A stretch of 22,860 bases of DNA, taken from the IMG/VR virus record IMGVR_UViG_2698536576_000001; one strand, written 5' to 3'. Each line of letters opens with the position of its first letter. Position 1 is the stretch's first letter. The notes under the pieces were generated by a model. The model saw only the letters and a program-made list of their open reading frames with translations. It was not told the DNA's origin and made no database searches. Below, piece after piece: positions 8,837 to 19,331 of this stretch. Position numbers and translations under genes: made by a program. The stretch is from a virus. Taxonomy: Duplodnaviria > Heunggongvirae > Uroviricota > Caudoviricetes.

Positions 8837-9580
8837 ATGACCACACCAAATCCACTGGCAAAGACGAAAGGTGCGGGGACGACGTTCTGGATGTATACCG
8901 GCAACGGCGATGCGTTTGCGAACCCTTTGTCGGACACTGACTGGCTGCGTCTTGCGATGGTGAAGGATCTGCAACCTGGCGAAATGACCGCTGATGCAGA
9001 AGATGACACTTATCTCGATGATGAAGATGCAGACTGGAAAACGACAACCCAGGGGCAGAAATCCGTTGGTGATACTTCGGCGACGCTGGCCTGGCGTCCG
9101 GGTGACAGCGGGCAGAAAAAACTGGTTCAGTTGTTCGACTCCGGTGAAGTCTGCGCGTTTCGTATCAAATATCCCAACGGCACTGTTGATGTTTTCCGTG
9201 GCTGGCTGAGCTCACTGGGTAAAACCATTGCCTCAAAAGACGTGATGACCCGCACTGTGAAAATCAGCGGTGTGGGGCGTCCGTATCTGGCAGAGGAAGG
9301 CACTGAAACCGTGAGCGTTACCGGGCTGACAGTATCACCGGCGTCTGCCAGTGTAAAAGTGGGAGCAACCACCACGCTGACCTTTACAGTAAAACCTGAC
9401 GGAGCCAGTGACAAAGCGATCAGTGTGCATTCGTCAGATCCACAGACTGCCACGGTTACCCTGAACGGACTTGTGGCCACGGTAAAAGGCGTGAAGCAGG
9501 GCAGTGTCAGCATTGTGGGCATGACCGCTGACGGGAATTTTGTGGCTGTGACTGCGGTGACTGTCAGCGCAGCAGGTTAA
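8837..9580 (+). CDS. V: major tail protein V (with C-terminal Ig-like/Big_2 domain)
   Basis: 247 aa; near-colinear similarity to lambda gpV (PNP...KGAGTT.W.Y.G.GD..ANPLSD.DW.RLA.VKDL.PGE.TA, YLDDEDADW, NGTVDVFRGW). Perfect RBS AAGGAGGTGG before the ATG at 8837. The ORF-track start at 8762 overlaps U. Confidence 0.92.
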   Translation: MTTPNPLAKTKGAGTTFWMYTGNGDAFANPLSDTDWLRLAMVKDLQPGEMTADAEDDTYLDDEDADWKTTTQGQKSVGDTSATLAWRPGDSGQKKLVQLFDSGEVCAFRIKYPNGTVDVFRGWLSSLGKTIASKDVMTRTVKISGVGRPYLAEEGTETVSVTGLTVSPASASVKVGATTTLTFTVKPDGASDKAISVHSSDPQTATVTLNGLVATVKGVKQGSVSIVGMTADGNFVAVTAVTVSAAG

Positions 9581-9600
9581 CAGGACGATACTCATCATTT

Positions 9601-9624
9601 GCCCCGGTTATGCGGGGCTTTTTT
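9601..9624 (+). terminator. putative intrinsic terminator/attenuator after V
   Basis: GCCCCG-GTTATG-CGGGGC hairpin followed by TTTTTT (9619-9624). Confidence 0.6.
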
Positions 9625-9640
9625 GCAGGTGGAGAACATG

Positions 9641-10027
9641 ATGTTTCTGAAACAGGACACGTTTAATTATGAAAAACAGTCCGTGGTGCTCAGTGAGCTG
9701 TCCGGGCTGCAGAGAATTGAATATCTGACGTTTGTTCAGCAGCGAACGGCAAAGTTTGATGCCGGGGAGGGAGAACTGCCGGAGGCTGAACGACAGATTG
9801 CTTTTCTGCGGATGGGGATGGATATCAATGCCTGGCTGGTTTCCCGCTCACTGTGGAATGCGGATCAGTCTAAGGATGTAGAGACGCTTTGCGCATCCGT
9901 TATTACAACATGGTCGTATGATGCCCTGGGTGCGGGGGCGGAGATGGTTCTGTCGCTGAGCGGTATGGGGGCCATTGATAATGCTGTGGATGATGAGCAT
10001 GAGGCGCTGACGCCGGAAAAGTCCTGA
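9641..10027 (+). CDS. G: tail assembly chaperone G
   Basis: Similarity to lambda gpG (MFLK...VTLSELS.LQRIE.L, TTW). GGAGA lies 5 nt upstream of the ATG at 9641. The ORF-track start at 9599 is inside the V terminator. Confidence 0.85.
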   Translation: MFLKQDTFNYEKQSVVLSELSGLQRIEYLTFVQQRTAKFDAGEGELPEAERQIAFLRMGMDINAWLVSRSLWNADQSKDVETLCASVITTWSYDALGAGAEMVLSLSGMGAIDNAVDDEHEALTPEKS

Positions 10028-10365
10028 CGCGGGAAATGCAGTTTGTCATGCGGCTTGCCCGGGAGTTCCGGCGTGCAGACTGGCGGCGGATGCTGTCGGA
10101 AATGTCGGCCACTGAGCTTGGTGAGTGGGGCGATTATTTCCGGATGCAGAGCTTCAGTGATGTGTGGATGGATGCGCAGTTTGCCTCGCTGAAGGCATTG
10201 ATCGTGAGAATGGTGTCCGGCAGCAGTGATGCTGCGGTGGCTGATTTCAGCCTTTTACCGGAAGAGAACGGGATACCGGAGCGAACGGACGAAGAACTGA
10301 TGCATCTTGGGGAAGGTATTTCCGGAGGTGTGCGTTATGGACCAGATAGCCAACCTGGTCATTGA
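9641..10365 (+). CDS. tail assembly chaperone G-T fusion via programmed -1 ribosomal frameshift (shift near 10015-10021)
   Basis: The -1 frame relative to G is open from 10003 to the stop at 10363-10365 and overlaps the last 8 codons of G. The only slippery-like heptamer in the overlap is G-GAA-AAG at 10015-10021. The architecture matches lambda G/GT. Confidence 0.6.
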
Positions 10366-13300
10366 TTTGGGGATTGATGCGGCAGAGTTTAAAAATGAAA
10401 TTCCCCGTATCAAAAACCTTCTGAATGGTGCAGCCAGCGATGCAGAACGGTCTTCTGCCCGTATGCAGCGTTTTATGGAGCGTCAGACTCAGGCCGCCCG
10501 GCAGACAACGCAGGCAGCTTCTTCGGCTGCAACAGCCGCATCCGTCCATGCGCAGACGGTGGAGAAGAACGCACAGGCTCATGAACGCATGGCCCGCGAG
10601 GTGGAGAAAACCCGCCAGCGCATGGAGGCACTGAGCCAGAAAATGCGCGAGGAACAGGCGCAGGCCATGGCTCTGGCGGAGGCTCAGGATAAAGCGGCTG
10701 CTGCGTTTTATCGTCAGATTGACAGTGTGAAACAGGCCAGTGCGGGGCTGCAGGAATTACAGCGTATTCAGCAGCAGATCCGACAGGCCAGAAACAGTGG
10801 CGGGATTGGTCAGCAGGATTATCTGGCGCTGATTTCTGAGGTTACTGCGAAAACCCGTGTTCTTACACAGGCTGAGGAAGAGGCTACCCGACAGAAAGTG
10901 GCGTTTATCCGTCAGCTTAAAGAGCAGGCAACCCGCCTGAATCTTTCATCTTCTGAGTTGCTTCGTGCTAAGGCAGCCCAGCTGGGGGTAAGCAGTGCTG
11001 CAGAAGTGTATATCCGCAAAATGGAGCAGGCAGGAAAAGCCACGCATTCGCTGGGTCTGAAAAGTGCAGCAGCCCGCCAGGAGATAGGCGTTCTGATAGG
11101 TGAACTGGCCCGCGGCAATTTAGGGGCGCTGAGGGGATCCGGGATAACGCTGGCTAACCGTGCCGGATGGATAGACACACTAATGTCACAGAAAGGCATG
11201 ATGCTTGGCGGGGTTATTGGCGGTATTGCCGCGGCCGTCTATGGTCTGGGTAAAGCCTGGTATGACGGTCAGAAGGAGGGGGAAGAATTTAACCGCCAGT
11301 TGTCGCTGACGGGGCATTATGCCGGAGTCACTGCCGGGCAGCTGTGGACGCTCAGTCGTGCTATTTCCGGGAATGGTATCACGCAACATGCTGCAGCCGG
11401 TGCGCTGGCTCAGGTGGTGGGGAGTGGTGCATTTCGTGGAAACGATATCGGTATGGTGGCGAGAGCTGCCGCACAGATGGAGCGATCGGTTGGCCAGTCG
11501 GTCAGCGATACCATAAATCAGTTTAAGCGGCTGAAGGATGATCCTGTAAATGCCGCGAAGGCTCTGGACAATGAGCTGCATTTTCTTACTGCCACTCAGC
11601 TTGAGCAGATACGCGTCCTTGGGGAGCAGGGGCGGTCCAGTGATGCTGCACGGATAGCCATGTCTGCACTGGCAGAGGAAACCGGTCGGCGTACTGCGGA
11701 TATTGATAATAACCTCAATGCGCTTGGCAGTACGCTGAAGTATCTGTCTGATTTGTGGAGTCGTTTCTGGGATGCGGCCATGAATATTGGTCGTGAAGAC
11801 TCGCTGGATGAACAGATTGCCGCTTTACAGGAGAAAGTGTCGCGGGCGAAAAGACTCCCCTGGACGGCATCATCTTCTCAGGTTGAATACGATCAGCAGC
11901 GTCTTAACGATCTTCAGGAGAAAAAACGCCAGAAGGATTTGCAGGATGCAAAAGAGCAGGCAGAGCGGAATTATCAGGAGCAACAGAAACGCCGTAATGC
12001 TGAAAATGCTGCACTGAACCGGATGAATGAAACGGAAGCAGCACGACATCAGCGTGAAATTGCGCGTATTAATGCCATGCAGTACGCCGATCAGGCTGTC
12101 AGGGATGCGGCGATACAACGTGAAAATGAACGTTACGAGAAAGCCCTGGCATCCGGTAAGAAAAAAACACGTGAAACCCGTAATGATGAGGCCACCCGGT
12201 TATTGCTGCAGTACAGTCAGCAACAGGCACAGGTGGAAGGACAGATTGCTGCTGCCAGACAGTCAGCAGGCATTGCCACGGAAAGGATGACAGAAGCGCA
12301 TAAACAGCTTCTGGCTCTGCAGCAGCGCATCAGCGACCTGGACGGGAAAAAACTGACGGCAGATGAAAAGAGTGTGCTGGCCCGTAAAGATGAACTGATT
12401 CAGGCACTGACGCTGCTGGATGTAAAACAGCAGGAGCTTCAGAAACAGACGGCACTCAACGAGCTGAAGAAAAAAACAATTCAGCTGACCAGTCAACTGG
12501 CTGAAGAAGAGCGCGCTCAGCGTCAGCAACATGACCTGGATATCGCCACGGTGGGTATGGGTGATCAGCAGCGACAGCGATATCAGGTACAACTGAGTCT
12601 TCGCCAGAAATACCAGCAACAGCTGGAGCAGTTGAGGCGGGATAGTGAGCAGAAAGGGACATATAACACGGATGACTACAGAAAGGCCGAGCAGGCGCTG
12701 ACGGAGAGCCTGAACCGACAACTGAATGAGAATCGCCGTTACTGGCAACAGCTTGAAGTTGTGCAGGGTAACTGGAAAAACGGAGTCCTGCGTGCATTTC
12801 AGGATTTTACCGTGGATGCAGATAATACGGCAGAAACAGCAGAACAGGTGTTCTCGTCAGCCTTCAGCAACATGGGAAATGGCCTGGCAACTTTTGTCAC
12901 TACCGGCAAACTCAATTTCAAATCCTTCACCTCTTCTGTGCTGTCAGATATGGCGAAAATCCTGGCGCAGGCAACCATGATGAAATCGATAAAAGGGATT
13001 GGCAGTGTACTGGGATTTGATCTCAGCAGCCTTTCCCTGAATGCCAATGGGGGGATTTATCAGTCTGCTGATTTGAGTCGTTACAGTGGCACGGTGGTTA
13101 ACCGTCCGACGTTTTTTGCTTTTGCAAAAGGCGCGGGTGTGATGGGGGAAGCGGGACCTGAAGCCATTCTGCCATTGCGTCGTGGTGCTGACGGTAAGCT
13201 GGGGGTTGTGGCGGATATTGGGGGTTCAGGTATGGCGATGTTTTCCCCGCAGTACAACATCGAGATCAATAACGATGGCACGAACGGGCAGATAGGTCCG

Positions 13301-13402
13301 GCTGCCCTGAAGGCGGTTTATGACCTCGGGAAAAAAGCGGCAGCGGACTTTATGCAACAGCAGGCCCGTGATGGTGGTCGGTTAAGTGGAGCATATCGGT
13401 AA
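10337..13402 (+). CDS. H: tail tape measure protein H
   Basis: 1021 aa. The N-terminus aligns with lambda H, and the C-terminal motif EINNDGTNGQIGPAALKAVYD matches lambda H as recalled. Long central Q/E/R/K-rich coiled-coil region. GGAGGTG RBS before the ATG at 10337. Confidence 0.92.
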   Translation: MDQIANLVIDLGIDAAEFKNEIPRIKNLLNGAASDAERSSARMQRFMERQTQAARQTTQAASSAATAASVHAQTVEKNAQAHERMAREVEKTRQRMEALSQKMREEQAQAMALAEAQDKAAAAFYRQIDSVKQASAGLQELQRIQQQIRQARNSGGIGQQDYLALISEVTAKTRVLTQAEEEATRQKVAFIRQLKEQATRLNLSSSELLRAKAAQLGVSSAAEVYIRKMEQAGKATHSLGLKSAAARQEIGVLIGELARGNLGALRGSGITLANRAGWIDTLMSQKGMMLGGVIGGIAAAVYGLGKAWYDGQKEGEEFNRQLSLTGHYAGVTAGQLWTLSRAISGNGITQHAAAGALAQVVGSGAFRGNDIGMVARAAAQMERSVGQSVSDTINQFKRLKDDPVNAAKALDNELHFLTATQLEQIRVLGEQGRSSDAARIAMSALAEETGRRTADIDNNLNALGSTLKYLSDLWSRFWDAAMNIGREDSLDEQIAALQEKVSRAKRLPWTASSSQVEYDQQRLNDLQEKKRQKDLQDAKEQAERNYQEQQKRRNAENAALNRMNETEAARHQREIARINAMQYADQAVRDAAIQRENERYEKALASGKKKTRETRNDEATRLLLQYSQQQAQVEGQIAAARQSAGIATERMTEAHKQLLALQQRISDLDGKKLTADEKSVLARKDELIQALTLLDVKQQELQKQTALNELKKKTIQLTSQLAEEERAQRQQHDLDIATVGMGDQQRQRYQVQLSLRQKYQQQLEQLRRDSEQKGTYNTDDYRKAEQALTESLNRQLNENRRYWQQLEVVQGNWKNGVLRAFQDFTVDADNTAETAEQVFSSAFSNMGNGLATFVTTGKLNFKSFTSSVLSDMAKILAQATMMKSIKGIGSVLGFDLSSLSLNANGGIYQSADLSRYSGTVVNRPTFFAFAKGAGVMGEAGPEAILPLRRGADGKLGVVADIGGSGMAMFSPQYNIEINNDGTNGQIGPAALKAVYDLGKKAAADFMQQQARDGGRLSGAYR

Positions 13403-13731
13403 TGGAGACGTTTCACTGGAAAGTGCGCCCGGATATGAATGTGGTATCAGAGCCGAAAGTGGTGACAGTGAAGCTGGGCGATGGTTATGAACAGCGTCGT
13501 GCGGCGGGACTGAATAACCAGTTGTCGACTTACAGCGTGACGATACGTGTTCGTAAATGTGAACACCCATCTTTAAAAGCCTTTCTGGAACGGCACGGTG
13601 GCGTCCGTGCATTTCAGTGGACGCCACCTTATGACTGGAAACCGATCAGGGTGGTTTGTCGTAAATGGTCGGCAAGCGTGGGGGCGCTGTGGGTAACCAT
13701 AACGGCAGATTTTGAACAGGTCGTGGCATAG
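13402..13731 (+). CDS. M: minor tail protein M
   Basis: 109 aa, the same length as lambda gpM, with clear similarity (F.WKV.P.M.V.S.P.V..V..GDGY.QR...GLN..L.TYSVT, HGG...F.WTPPY.W..I.V.C.KWS, FEQVV). Confidence 0.92.
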   Translation: METFHWKVRPDMNVVSEPKVVTVKLGDGYEQRRAAGLNNQLSTYSVTIRVRKCEHPSLKAFLERHGGVRAFQWTPPYDWKPIRVVCRKWSASVGALWVTITADFEQVVA

Positions 13732-13740
13732 GAGGCTCTG

Positions 13741-14439
13741 ATGCAGGATATTCCACAGGAAACACATCATGAGACGACACGCCTCACTCAGTCAGCCCAG
13801 GTGGTGCTCTGGGAAATCGATCTGACAGAGGTCGGTGGTGAACGTTATTTTTTCTGTAATGAGCAGAACGAAAAAGGTGAGCCGGTTATCTGGCAGGGGC
13901 GGCAGTATCAGGTATACCCCATTCAGGGGACGGGATTTGAACTGAACGGCAAGGGCAGTGCTGCCCGTCCGACACTGACGGTTTCTAACCTGCACGGCAT
14001 GGTCACCGGGATGGCGGAAGACCTGCAGAGTCTGGTCGGAGGAACGGTGGTCCGGCGTAAGGTTTACGCCCGTTTTCTGGATGCGGTGAACTTCGTCAAC
14101 GGAAACAGTGACGCCGATCCGGAGCAGGAGGTGATCAGCCGCTGGCGCATCGAGCAGTGCAGCGAACTGAGCGCGGTGAGTGCCTCTTTTGTACTGTCCA
14201 CGCCGACGGAAACGGACGGTGCCGTTTTTCCGGGACGTATCATGCTGGCCAACACCTGCACCTGGACCTATCGCGGTGATGAGTGCGGTTATCACGGTCC
14301 GGCGGTCGCGGATGAATATGATCAGCCGACGTCCGATATCACGAAGGATAAATGCAGCAAATGCCTGAGCGGCTGTAAGTTTCGCAATAACGTCGGCAAC
14401 TTTGGCGGCTTCCTTTCCATTAACAAACTTTCGCAGTGA
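13741..14439 (+). CDS. L: minor tail protein L
   Basis: 232 aa with a C-terminal Cys-rich motif, and very high similarity to lambda gpL as recalled (VVLWEIDLTEVGGERYFFCNEQNEKGEPV.WQGRQYQ...). RBS AGGAGG. Confidence 0.93.
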   Translation: MQDIPQETHHETTRLTQSAQVVLWEIDLTEVGGERYFFCNEQNEKGEPVIWQGRQYQVYPIQGTGFELNGKGSAARPTLTVSNLHGMVTGMAEDLQSLVGGTVVRRKVYARFLDAVNFVNGNSDADPEQEVISRWRIEQCSELSAVSASFVLSTPTETDGAVFPGRIMLANTCTWTYRGDECGYHGPAVADEYDQPTSDITKDKCSKCLSGCKFRNNVGNFGGFLSINKLSQ

Positions 14440-14444
14440 ATCCC

Positions 14445-15188
14445 ATGACAGAGACAGAATCAGCGATTCTGGCGCACGCCCGGCGATGTGCGCCAGCGGA
14501 GTCGTGCGGCTTCGTGGTAAGCACGCCGGAGGGGGAAAGATATTTCCCCTGCGTGAATATCTCCGGTGAGCCGGAGGCGTATTTCCGTATGTCGCCGGAA
14601 GACTGGCTGCAGGCAGAAATGCAGGGTGAGATTGTGGCGCTGGTCCACAGCCACCCCGGTGGTCTGCCCTGGCTGAGTGAGGCCGACCGGCGGCTGCAGG
14701 TGCAGAGTGATTTGCCGTGGTGGCTGGTCTGCCGGGGGACGATTCATAAGTTCCGCTGTGTGCCGCATCTCACCGGGCGGCGCTTTGAGCACGGGGTGAC
14801 GGACTGTTACACGCTGTTCCGGGATGCTTATCATCTGGCGGGGATTGAGATGCCGGATTTTCATCGCGAGGATGACTGGTGGCGTCACGGTCAGAATCTC
14901 TATCTGGATAATCTGGAGGCCACAGGGCTGTATCAGGTGCCGTTGTCATCAGCACAACCGGGCGATGTGCTGCTGTGCTGTTTTGGTTCATCGGTGCCGA
15001 ATCATGCCGCCATTTACTGTGGTGATGGCGAGCTGCTGCACCATATTCCTGAACAACTGAGCAAACGAGAGAGGTATACCGACAAATGGCAGCGACGCAC
15101 ACACTCCCTCTGGCGTCACCGGGCATGGCACGCATCTGCCTTTACGGGGATTTGCAACGATTTGGCCGCCGCATCGATCTTCGTGTGA
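14445..15188 (+). CDS. K: tail assembly protein K (JAMM/MPN + NlpC/P60 domains)
   Basis: JAMM motif HSHPGG...SEADRR and an NlpC/P60-like Cys/His pair (GVTDCYTLF, NHAAIY). Overlaps I by about 100 nt, as in lambda. First ATG is at 14445; an in-frame GTG at 14436 is the ORF-track start. Confidence 0.88.
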   Translation: MTETESAILAHARRCAPAESCGFVVSTPEGERYFPCVNISGEPEAYFRMSPEDWLQAEMQGEIVALVHSHPGGLPWLSEADRRLQVQSDLPWWLVCRGTIHKFRCVPHLTGRRFEHGVTDCYTLFRDAYHLAGIEMPDFHREDDWWRHGQNLYLDNLEATGLYQVPLSSAQPGDVLLCCFGSSVPNHAAIYCGDGELLHHIPEQLSKRERYTDKWQRRTHSLWRHRAWHASAFTGICNDLAAASIFV

Positions 15189-15733
15189 AAACGGGGGCTG
15201 AAGCTATCCGGGCGCTGGCCACACAGCTCCCGGCGTTTCGTCAGAAACTGAGCGACGGCTGGTACCAGGTACGCATTGCCGGGCGTGATGCAGGTGAAAC
15301 CGAATTGTCTGCCCGTCTTAATGAGCCGCTGGCAAATGGTGCCGTGATCCACATCGTGCCGCGTCTGGCGGGTGCTAAAAGTGGCGGTGTGTTTCAGGTG
15401 GTGCTGGGGGCGGCGCTGATTGCGGTGGCATGGTGGAACCCTGTGGGCTGGCTGGGTGCCGCGGCTGTATCGGGCATGTATGCGGCAGGGGCCAGTATGA
15501 TCCTGGGCGGAGTGGCGCAGATGCTGGCACCGAAAGCCAGGACGCCCACGGCAGCAAGTACAGATAACGGCAAACAGAACACCTATTTCTCCTCACTGGA
15601 TAACATGGTTGCCCAGGGCAATGTTCTGCCCGTTCTGTACGGTGAAATGCGCGTGGGGTCGCGGGTGGTCTCTCAGGAGATCAGCACGGCAGACGAAGGG
15701 GATGGTGGTCAGGTTGTGGTGATTGGTCGCTGA
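15086..15733 (+). CDS. I: tail assembly protein I
   Basis: 215 aa at the lambda I position, overlapping the 3' end of K. C-terminal hydrophobic/Gly-Ala-rich segment. Confidence 0.85.
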   Translation: MAATHTLPLASPGMARICLYGDLQRFGRRIDLRVKTGAEAIRALATQLPAFRQKLSDGWYQVRIAGRDAGETELSARLNEPLANGAVIHIVPRLAGAKSGGVFQVVLGAALIAVAWWNPVGWLGAAAVSGMYAAGASMILGGVAQMLAPKARTPTAASTDNGKQNTYFSSLDNMVAQGNVLPVLYGEMRVGSRVVSQEISTADEGDGGQVVVIGR

Positions 15734-15752
15734 TGAAAAACGTTTTATGTGA

Positions 15753-15779
15753 AACCGCCTCCGGGCGGTTTTGTCGTTT
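15753..15779 (+). terminator. stem-loop in the I-J intergenic region (possible attenuator)
   Basis: AACCGCC-TCCG-GGCGGTT hairpin (7-bp stem) followed by the T-rich TTGTCGTTT. Confidence 0.35.
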
Positions 15780-15793
15780 ATGGAGCGTTAGGA

Positions 15794-18700
15794 ATGGGTA
15801 AAGGCAGCAGTAAGGGGCATACTCCGCGCGAAGCGAAGGACAACCTGAAGTCCACGCAGTTGCTGAGTGTGATCGATGCCATCAGCGAAGGGCCGATTGA
15901 AGGTCCGGTGGATGGATTAAAAAGCGTGCTGCTGAACAGTACGCCAGTGCTGGACACTGAGGGGAATACCAACATCTCCGGCGTCACGGTGGTGTTCCGG
16001 GCCGGTGAGCAGGAGCAAACACCGCCGGAGGGATTTGAATCCTCCGGCTCCGAGACGGTGCTGGGTACGGAAGTGAAATACGACACGCCGATCACCCGGA
16101 CCATCACGTCGGCAAACATTGACCGACTGCGTTTTACCTTCGGCGTGCAGGCACTGGTGGAAACCACCTCAAAGGGGGACAGGAATCCGTCGGAAGTCCG
16201 CCTGCTGGTTCAGATACAACGTAACGGTGGCTGGGTGACGGAAAAAGACATCACCATTAAAGGCAAAACCACCTCACAGTATCTGGCCTCGGTGGTGGTG
16301 GGTAACCTGCCGCCGCGCCCGTTTAATATCCGGATGCGCAGGATGACGCCGGACAGCACCACAGACCAGCTGCAGAACAAAACGCTCTGGTCGTCATACA
16401 CCGAAATCATCGATGTGAAACAGTGCTACCCGAACACGGCACTGGTTGGCGTGCAGGTGGACTCGGAGCAGTTCGGCAGCCAGCAGGTGAGCCGTAATTA
16501 TCATCTTCGCGGGCGCATTCTGCAGGTGCCGTCGAACTATAACCCGCAGACGCGGCAATACAGCGGTATCTGGGACGGAACGTTAAAACCGGCATACAGC
16601 AACAACATGGCCTGGTGTCTGTGGGATATGCTGACCCATCCGCGCTACGGCATGGGGAAACGTCTTGGTGCGGCGGATGTGGATAAATGGGCGCTGTATG
16701 TCATCGGCCAGAATTGCGACCAGTCGGTGCCGGACGGCTTTGGCGGCACGGAGCCGCGCATCACCTGTAACGCTTACCTGACCACACAGCGCAAGGCGTG
16801 GGATGTGCTCAGTGATTTCTGCTCGGCGATGCGCTGTATGCCGGTATGGAACGGGCAGACGCTGACGTTCGTGCAGGACCGACAGTCGGATAAGGTGTGG
16901 ACCTATAACCGCAGTAATGTGGTGATGCCGGATGATGGCGCGCCGTTCCGCTACAGCTTCAGCGCCCTGAAGGACCGCCATAATGCCGTTGAGGTGAACT
17001 GGATTGACCCGAACAACGGCTGGGAGACGGCGACAGAGCTTGTTGAAGATACGCAGGCCATTGCCCGTTACGGTCGTAATGTCACGAAGATGGATGCCTT
17101 TGGTTGTACCAGTCGGGGGCAGGCACACCGAGCCGGGCTGTGGCTGATTAAAACGGAACTGCTGGAGACGCAGACCGTGGATTTCAGCGTGGGTGCTGAA
17201 GGGCTTCGCCATGTACCGGGCGATGTCATTGAAATCTGCGATGATGACTATGCCGGTATCAGCACCGGTGGTCGCGTGCTGGCGGTGAACAGCCAGACCC
17301 GGACGCTGACGCTCGACCGTGAAATCACGCTGCCATCCTCCGGTACCACGCTGATAAGTCTGGTTGACGGAAGTGGTAATCCGGTCAGCGTGGAGGTTCA
17401 GTCCGTCACCGACGGACTTAAGGTGAAAGTGAATCGGGTTCCTGACGGCGTTGCAGAATACAGTGTGTGGGGGCTGAAGTTGCCGACGTTGCGTCAGCGC
17501 CTGTTCCGCTGTGTGAGTATCCGTGAGAACGATGACGGCACGTATGCCATCACTGCCGTGCAGCATGTACCGGAAAAAGAAGCCATCGTGGATAACGGGG
17601 CGCACTTTGACGGCGACCAGAGCGGCACGGTGAATGGTGTCACGCCGCCAGCGGTGCAGCACCTGACCGCCGAAGTCACCGCAGACAGCGGGGAATACCA
17701 GGTGCTGGCGCGCTGGGATACGCCGAAGGTGGTGAAGGGCGTGAGCTTTATGCTTCGCCTGACCGTGGCAGCGGATGACGGCAGTGAGCGGCTGGTCAGC
17801 ACGGCCCGGACGACGGAAACCACATACCGCTTCACGCAACTGGCGCTGGGAAACTACAGGCTGACAGTCCGGGCGGCAAATGCCTGGGGGCAGCAGGGCG
17901 ATCCGGCATCGGTATCGTTCCGGATTGCCGCACCGGCAGCACCGTCGCGGATTGAGCTGACGCCGGGCTATTTTCAGATAACCGCCACGCCGTATCTTGC
18001 CGTTTATGATCCGACGGTACAGTTTGAGTTCTGGTTCTCGGAAAAGCGGATTACCGATATCAGGCAGGTTGAAACCACAGCCCGCTATCTTGGTACGGCG
18101 CTGTACTGGATAGCCGCCAGTATCAATATCAAACCGGGCCATGATTATTATTTTTACATCCGCAGTGTGAACACCGTTGGCAAATCGGCATTTGTGGAGG
18201 CTGTTGGTCAGCCGAGTGATGACGCATCCGGCTATCTGGATTTTTTCAAAGGCGAGATAGGGAAAACCCATCTGGCTCAGGAGTTGTGGACGCAGATTGA
18301 TAACGGTCAGCTTGCGCCTGACCTGGCTGAAATCAGGATGTCCATTACGGATGTCAACAATGAAATCACGCAGACCGTCAATAAGAAGCTGGAAGACCAG
18401 AGTGCAGCGATCCAGCAGATACAGAAGGTTCAGGTTGATACAAATAATAACCTGAACAGCATGTGGGCTGTGAAGCTGCAGCAGATGCAGGACGGACGCC
18501 TTTATATCGCGGGTATTGGTGCCGGTATTGAGAATACCCCTGACGGTATGCAGAGTCAGGTGCTGCTGGCGGCGGACAGGATTGCGATGATTAATCCTGC
18601 GAATGGCAATACAAAGCCGATGTTTGTTGGTCAGGGCGATCAGATATTTATGAATGAAGTGTTCCTGAAATATCTGACGGCTCCCACCATTACCAGCGGT

Positions 18701-19273
18701 GGCAATCCTCCGGTATTTTCCCTGACACCGGACGGGCGGCTGACGGCGAAAAATGCCGATATCAGCGGTAACGTGAATGCGAACTCCGGGACGCTCAACA
18801 ACGTCACGATTAACGAGAACTGTCGGGTTCTGGGAAAACTGTCCGCGAACCAGATTGAAGGCGATCTCGTTAAAACAGTGGGCAAAGCTTTCCCCCGGGA
18901 CTCCCGTGCACCGGAGCGGTGGCCATCAGGGACCATTACCGTCAGGGTTTATGACGATCAGCCGTTTGACCGGCAAATTGTTATTCCAGCGGTGGCTTTT
19001 AGCGGTGCCAGACATGAACGGGAGAATAGCGATACTTATTCGTCATGCCGCCTGATAGTGAAGAAAAATGGGGCTGAAATTTATAACAGAACGGCTCTGG
19101 ATAATACTCTGATTTACACGGGTGTTATTGATATGCCAGCAGGCAGTGGCGTAATGACACTGGAGTTTTCTGTATCAGCATGGTGGGTAAATGGCTGGTA
19201 TCCCACAGCAAGTATCAGCGATTTGCTGGTTGTTGTGATGAAGAAAGCCACTGCAGGCATCACGATTAGCTGA
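15794..19273 (+). CDS. J: tail tip / host specificity protein J (central tail fibre)
   Basis: 1159 aa. The N-terminus [37 protein letters not shown]... and most of the length match lambda gpJ as recalled, with fibronectin-type repeats in the middle. The C-terminal ~250 aa diverges from lambda J. The ORF-track start at 15749 is upstream of the RBS-supported ATG at 15794. Confidence 0.93.
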   Translation: MGKGSSKGHTPREAKDNLKSTQLLSVIDAISEGPIEGPVDGLKSVLLNSTPVLDTEGNTNISGVTVVFRAGEQEQTPPEGFESSGSETVLGTEVKYDTPITRTITSANIDRLRFTFGVQALVETTSKGDRNPSEVRLLVQIQRNGGWVTEKDITIKGKTTSQYLASVVVGNLPPRPFNIRMRRMTPDSTTDQLQNKTLWSSYTEIIDVKQCYPNTALVGVQVDSEQFGSQQVSRNYHLRGRILQVPSNYNPQTRQYSGIWDGTLKPAYSNNMAWCLWDMLTHPRYGMGKRLGAADVDKWALYVIGQNCDQSVPDGFGGTEPRITCNAYLTTQRKAWDVLSDFCSAMRCMPVWNGQTLTFVQDRQSDKVWTYNRSNVVMPDDGAPFRYSFSALKDRHNAVEVNWIDPNNGWETATELVEDTQAIARYGRNVTKMDAFGCTSRGQAHRAGLWLIKTELLETQTVDFSVGAEGLRHVPGDVIEICDDDYAGISTGGRVLAVNSQTRTLTLDREITLPSSGTTLISLVDGSGNPVSVEVQSVTDGLKVKVNRVPDGVAEYSVWGLKLPTLRQRLFRCVSIRENDDGTYAITAVQHVPEKEAIVDNGAHFDGDQSGTVNGVTPPAVQHLTAEVTADSGEYQVLARWDTPKVVKGVSFMLRLTVAADDGSERLVSTARTTETTYRFTQLALGNYRLTVRAANAWGQQGDPASVSFRIAAPAAPSRIELTPGYFQITATPYLAVYDPTVQFEFWFSEKRITDIRQVETTARYLGTALYWIAASINIKPGHDYYFYIRSVNTVGKSAFVEAVGQPSDDASGYLDFFKGEIGKTHLAQELWTQIDNGQLAPDLAEIRMSITDVNNEITQTVNKKLEDQSAAIQQIQKVQVDTNNNLNSMWAVKLQQMQDGRLYIAGIGAGIENTPDGMQSQVLLAADRIAMINPANGNTKPMFVGQGDQIFMNEVFLKYLTAPTITSGGNPPVFSLTPDGRLTAKNADISGNVNANSGTLNNVTINENCRVLGKLSANQIEGDLVKTVGKAFPRDSRAPERWPSGTITVRVYDDQPFDRQIVIPAVAFSGARHERENSDTYSSCRLIVKKNGAEIYNRTALDNTLIYTGVIDMPAGSGVMTLEFSVSAWWVNGWYPTASISDLLVVVMKKATAGITIS

Positions 19274-19292
19274 ATTTTAAAACCCAAATTCG

Positions 19293-19316
19293 GGCACCAG
19301 AAATGGTGCCTTTTTT
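19293..19316 (+). terminator. intrinsic terminator after J
   Basis: GGCACC-AGAAAT-GGTGCC hairpin followed by TTTTTT (19311-19316). Confidence 0.65.
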
Positions 19317-19331
19317 ATTTGTGGAGTGAAT

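Noticed and set aside
16583-18271. 562-aa ORF on the minus strand
   Set aside because: It lies entirely antisense to the J gene, which is strongly supported by homology. It has no RBS context and its composition (Arg/Pro/Gly-rich) is typical of a GC-rich antisense frame.
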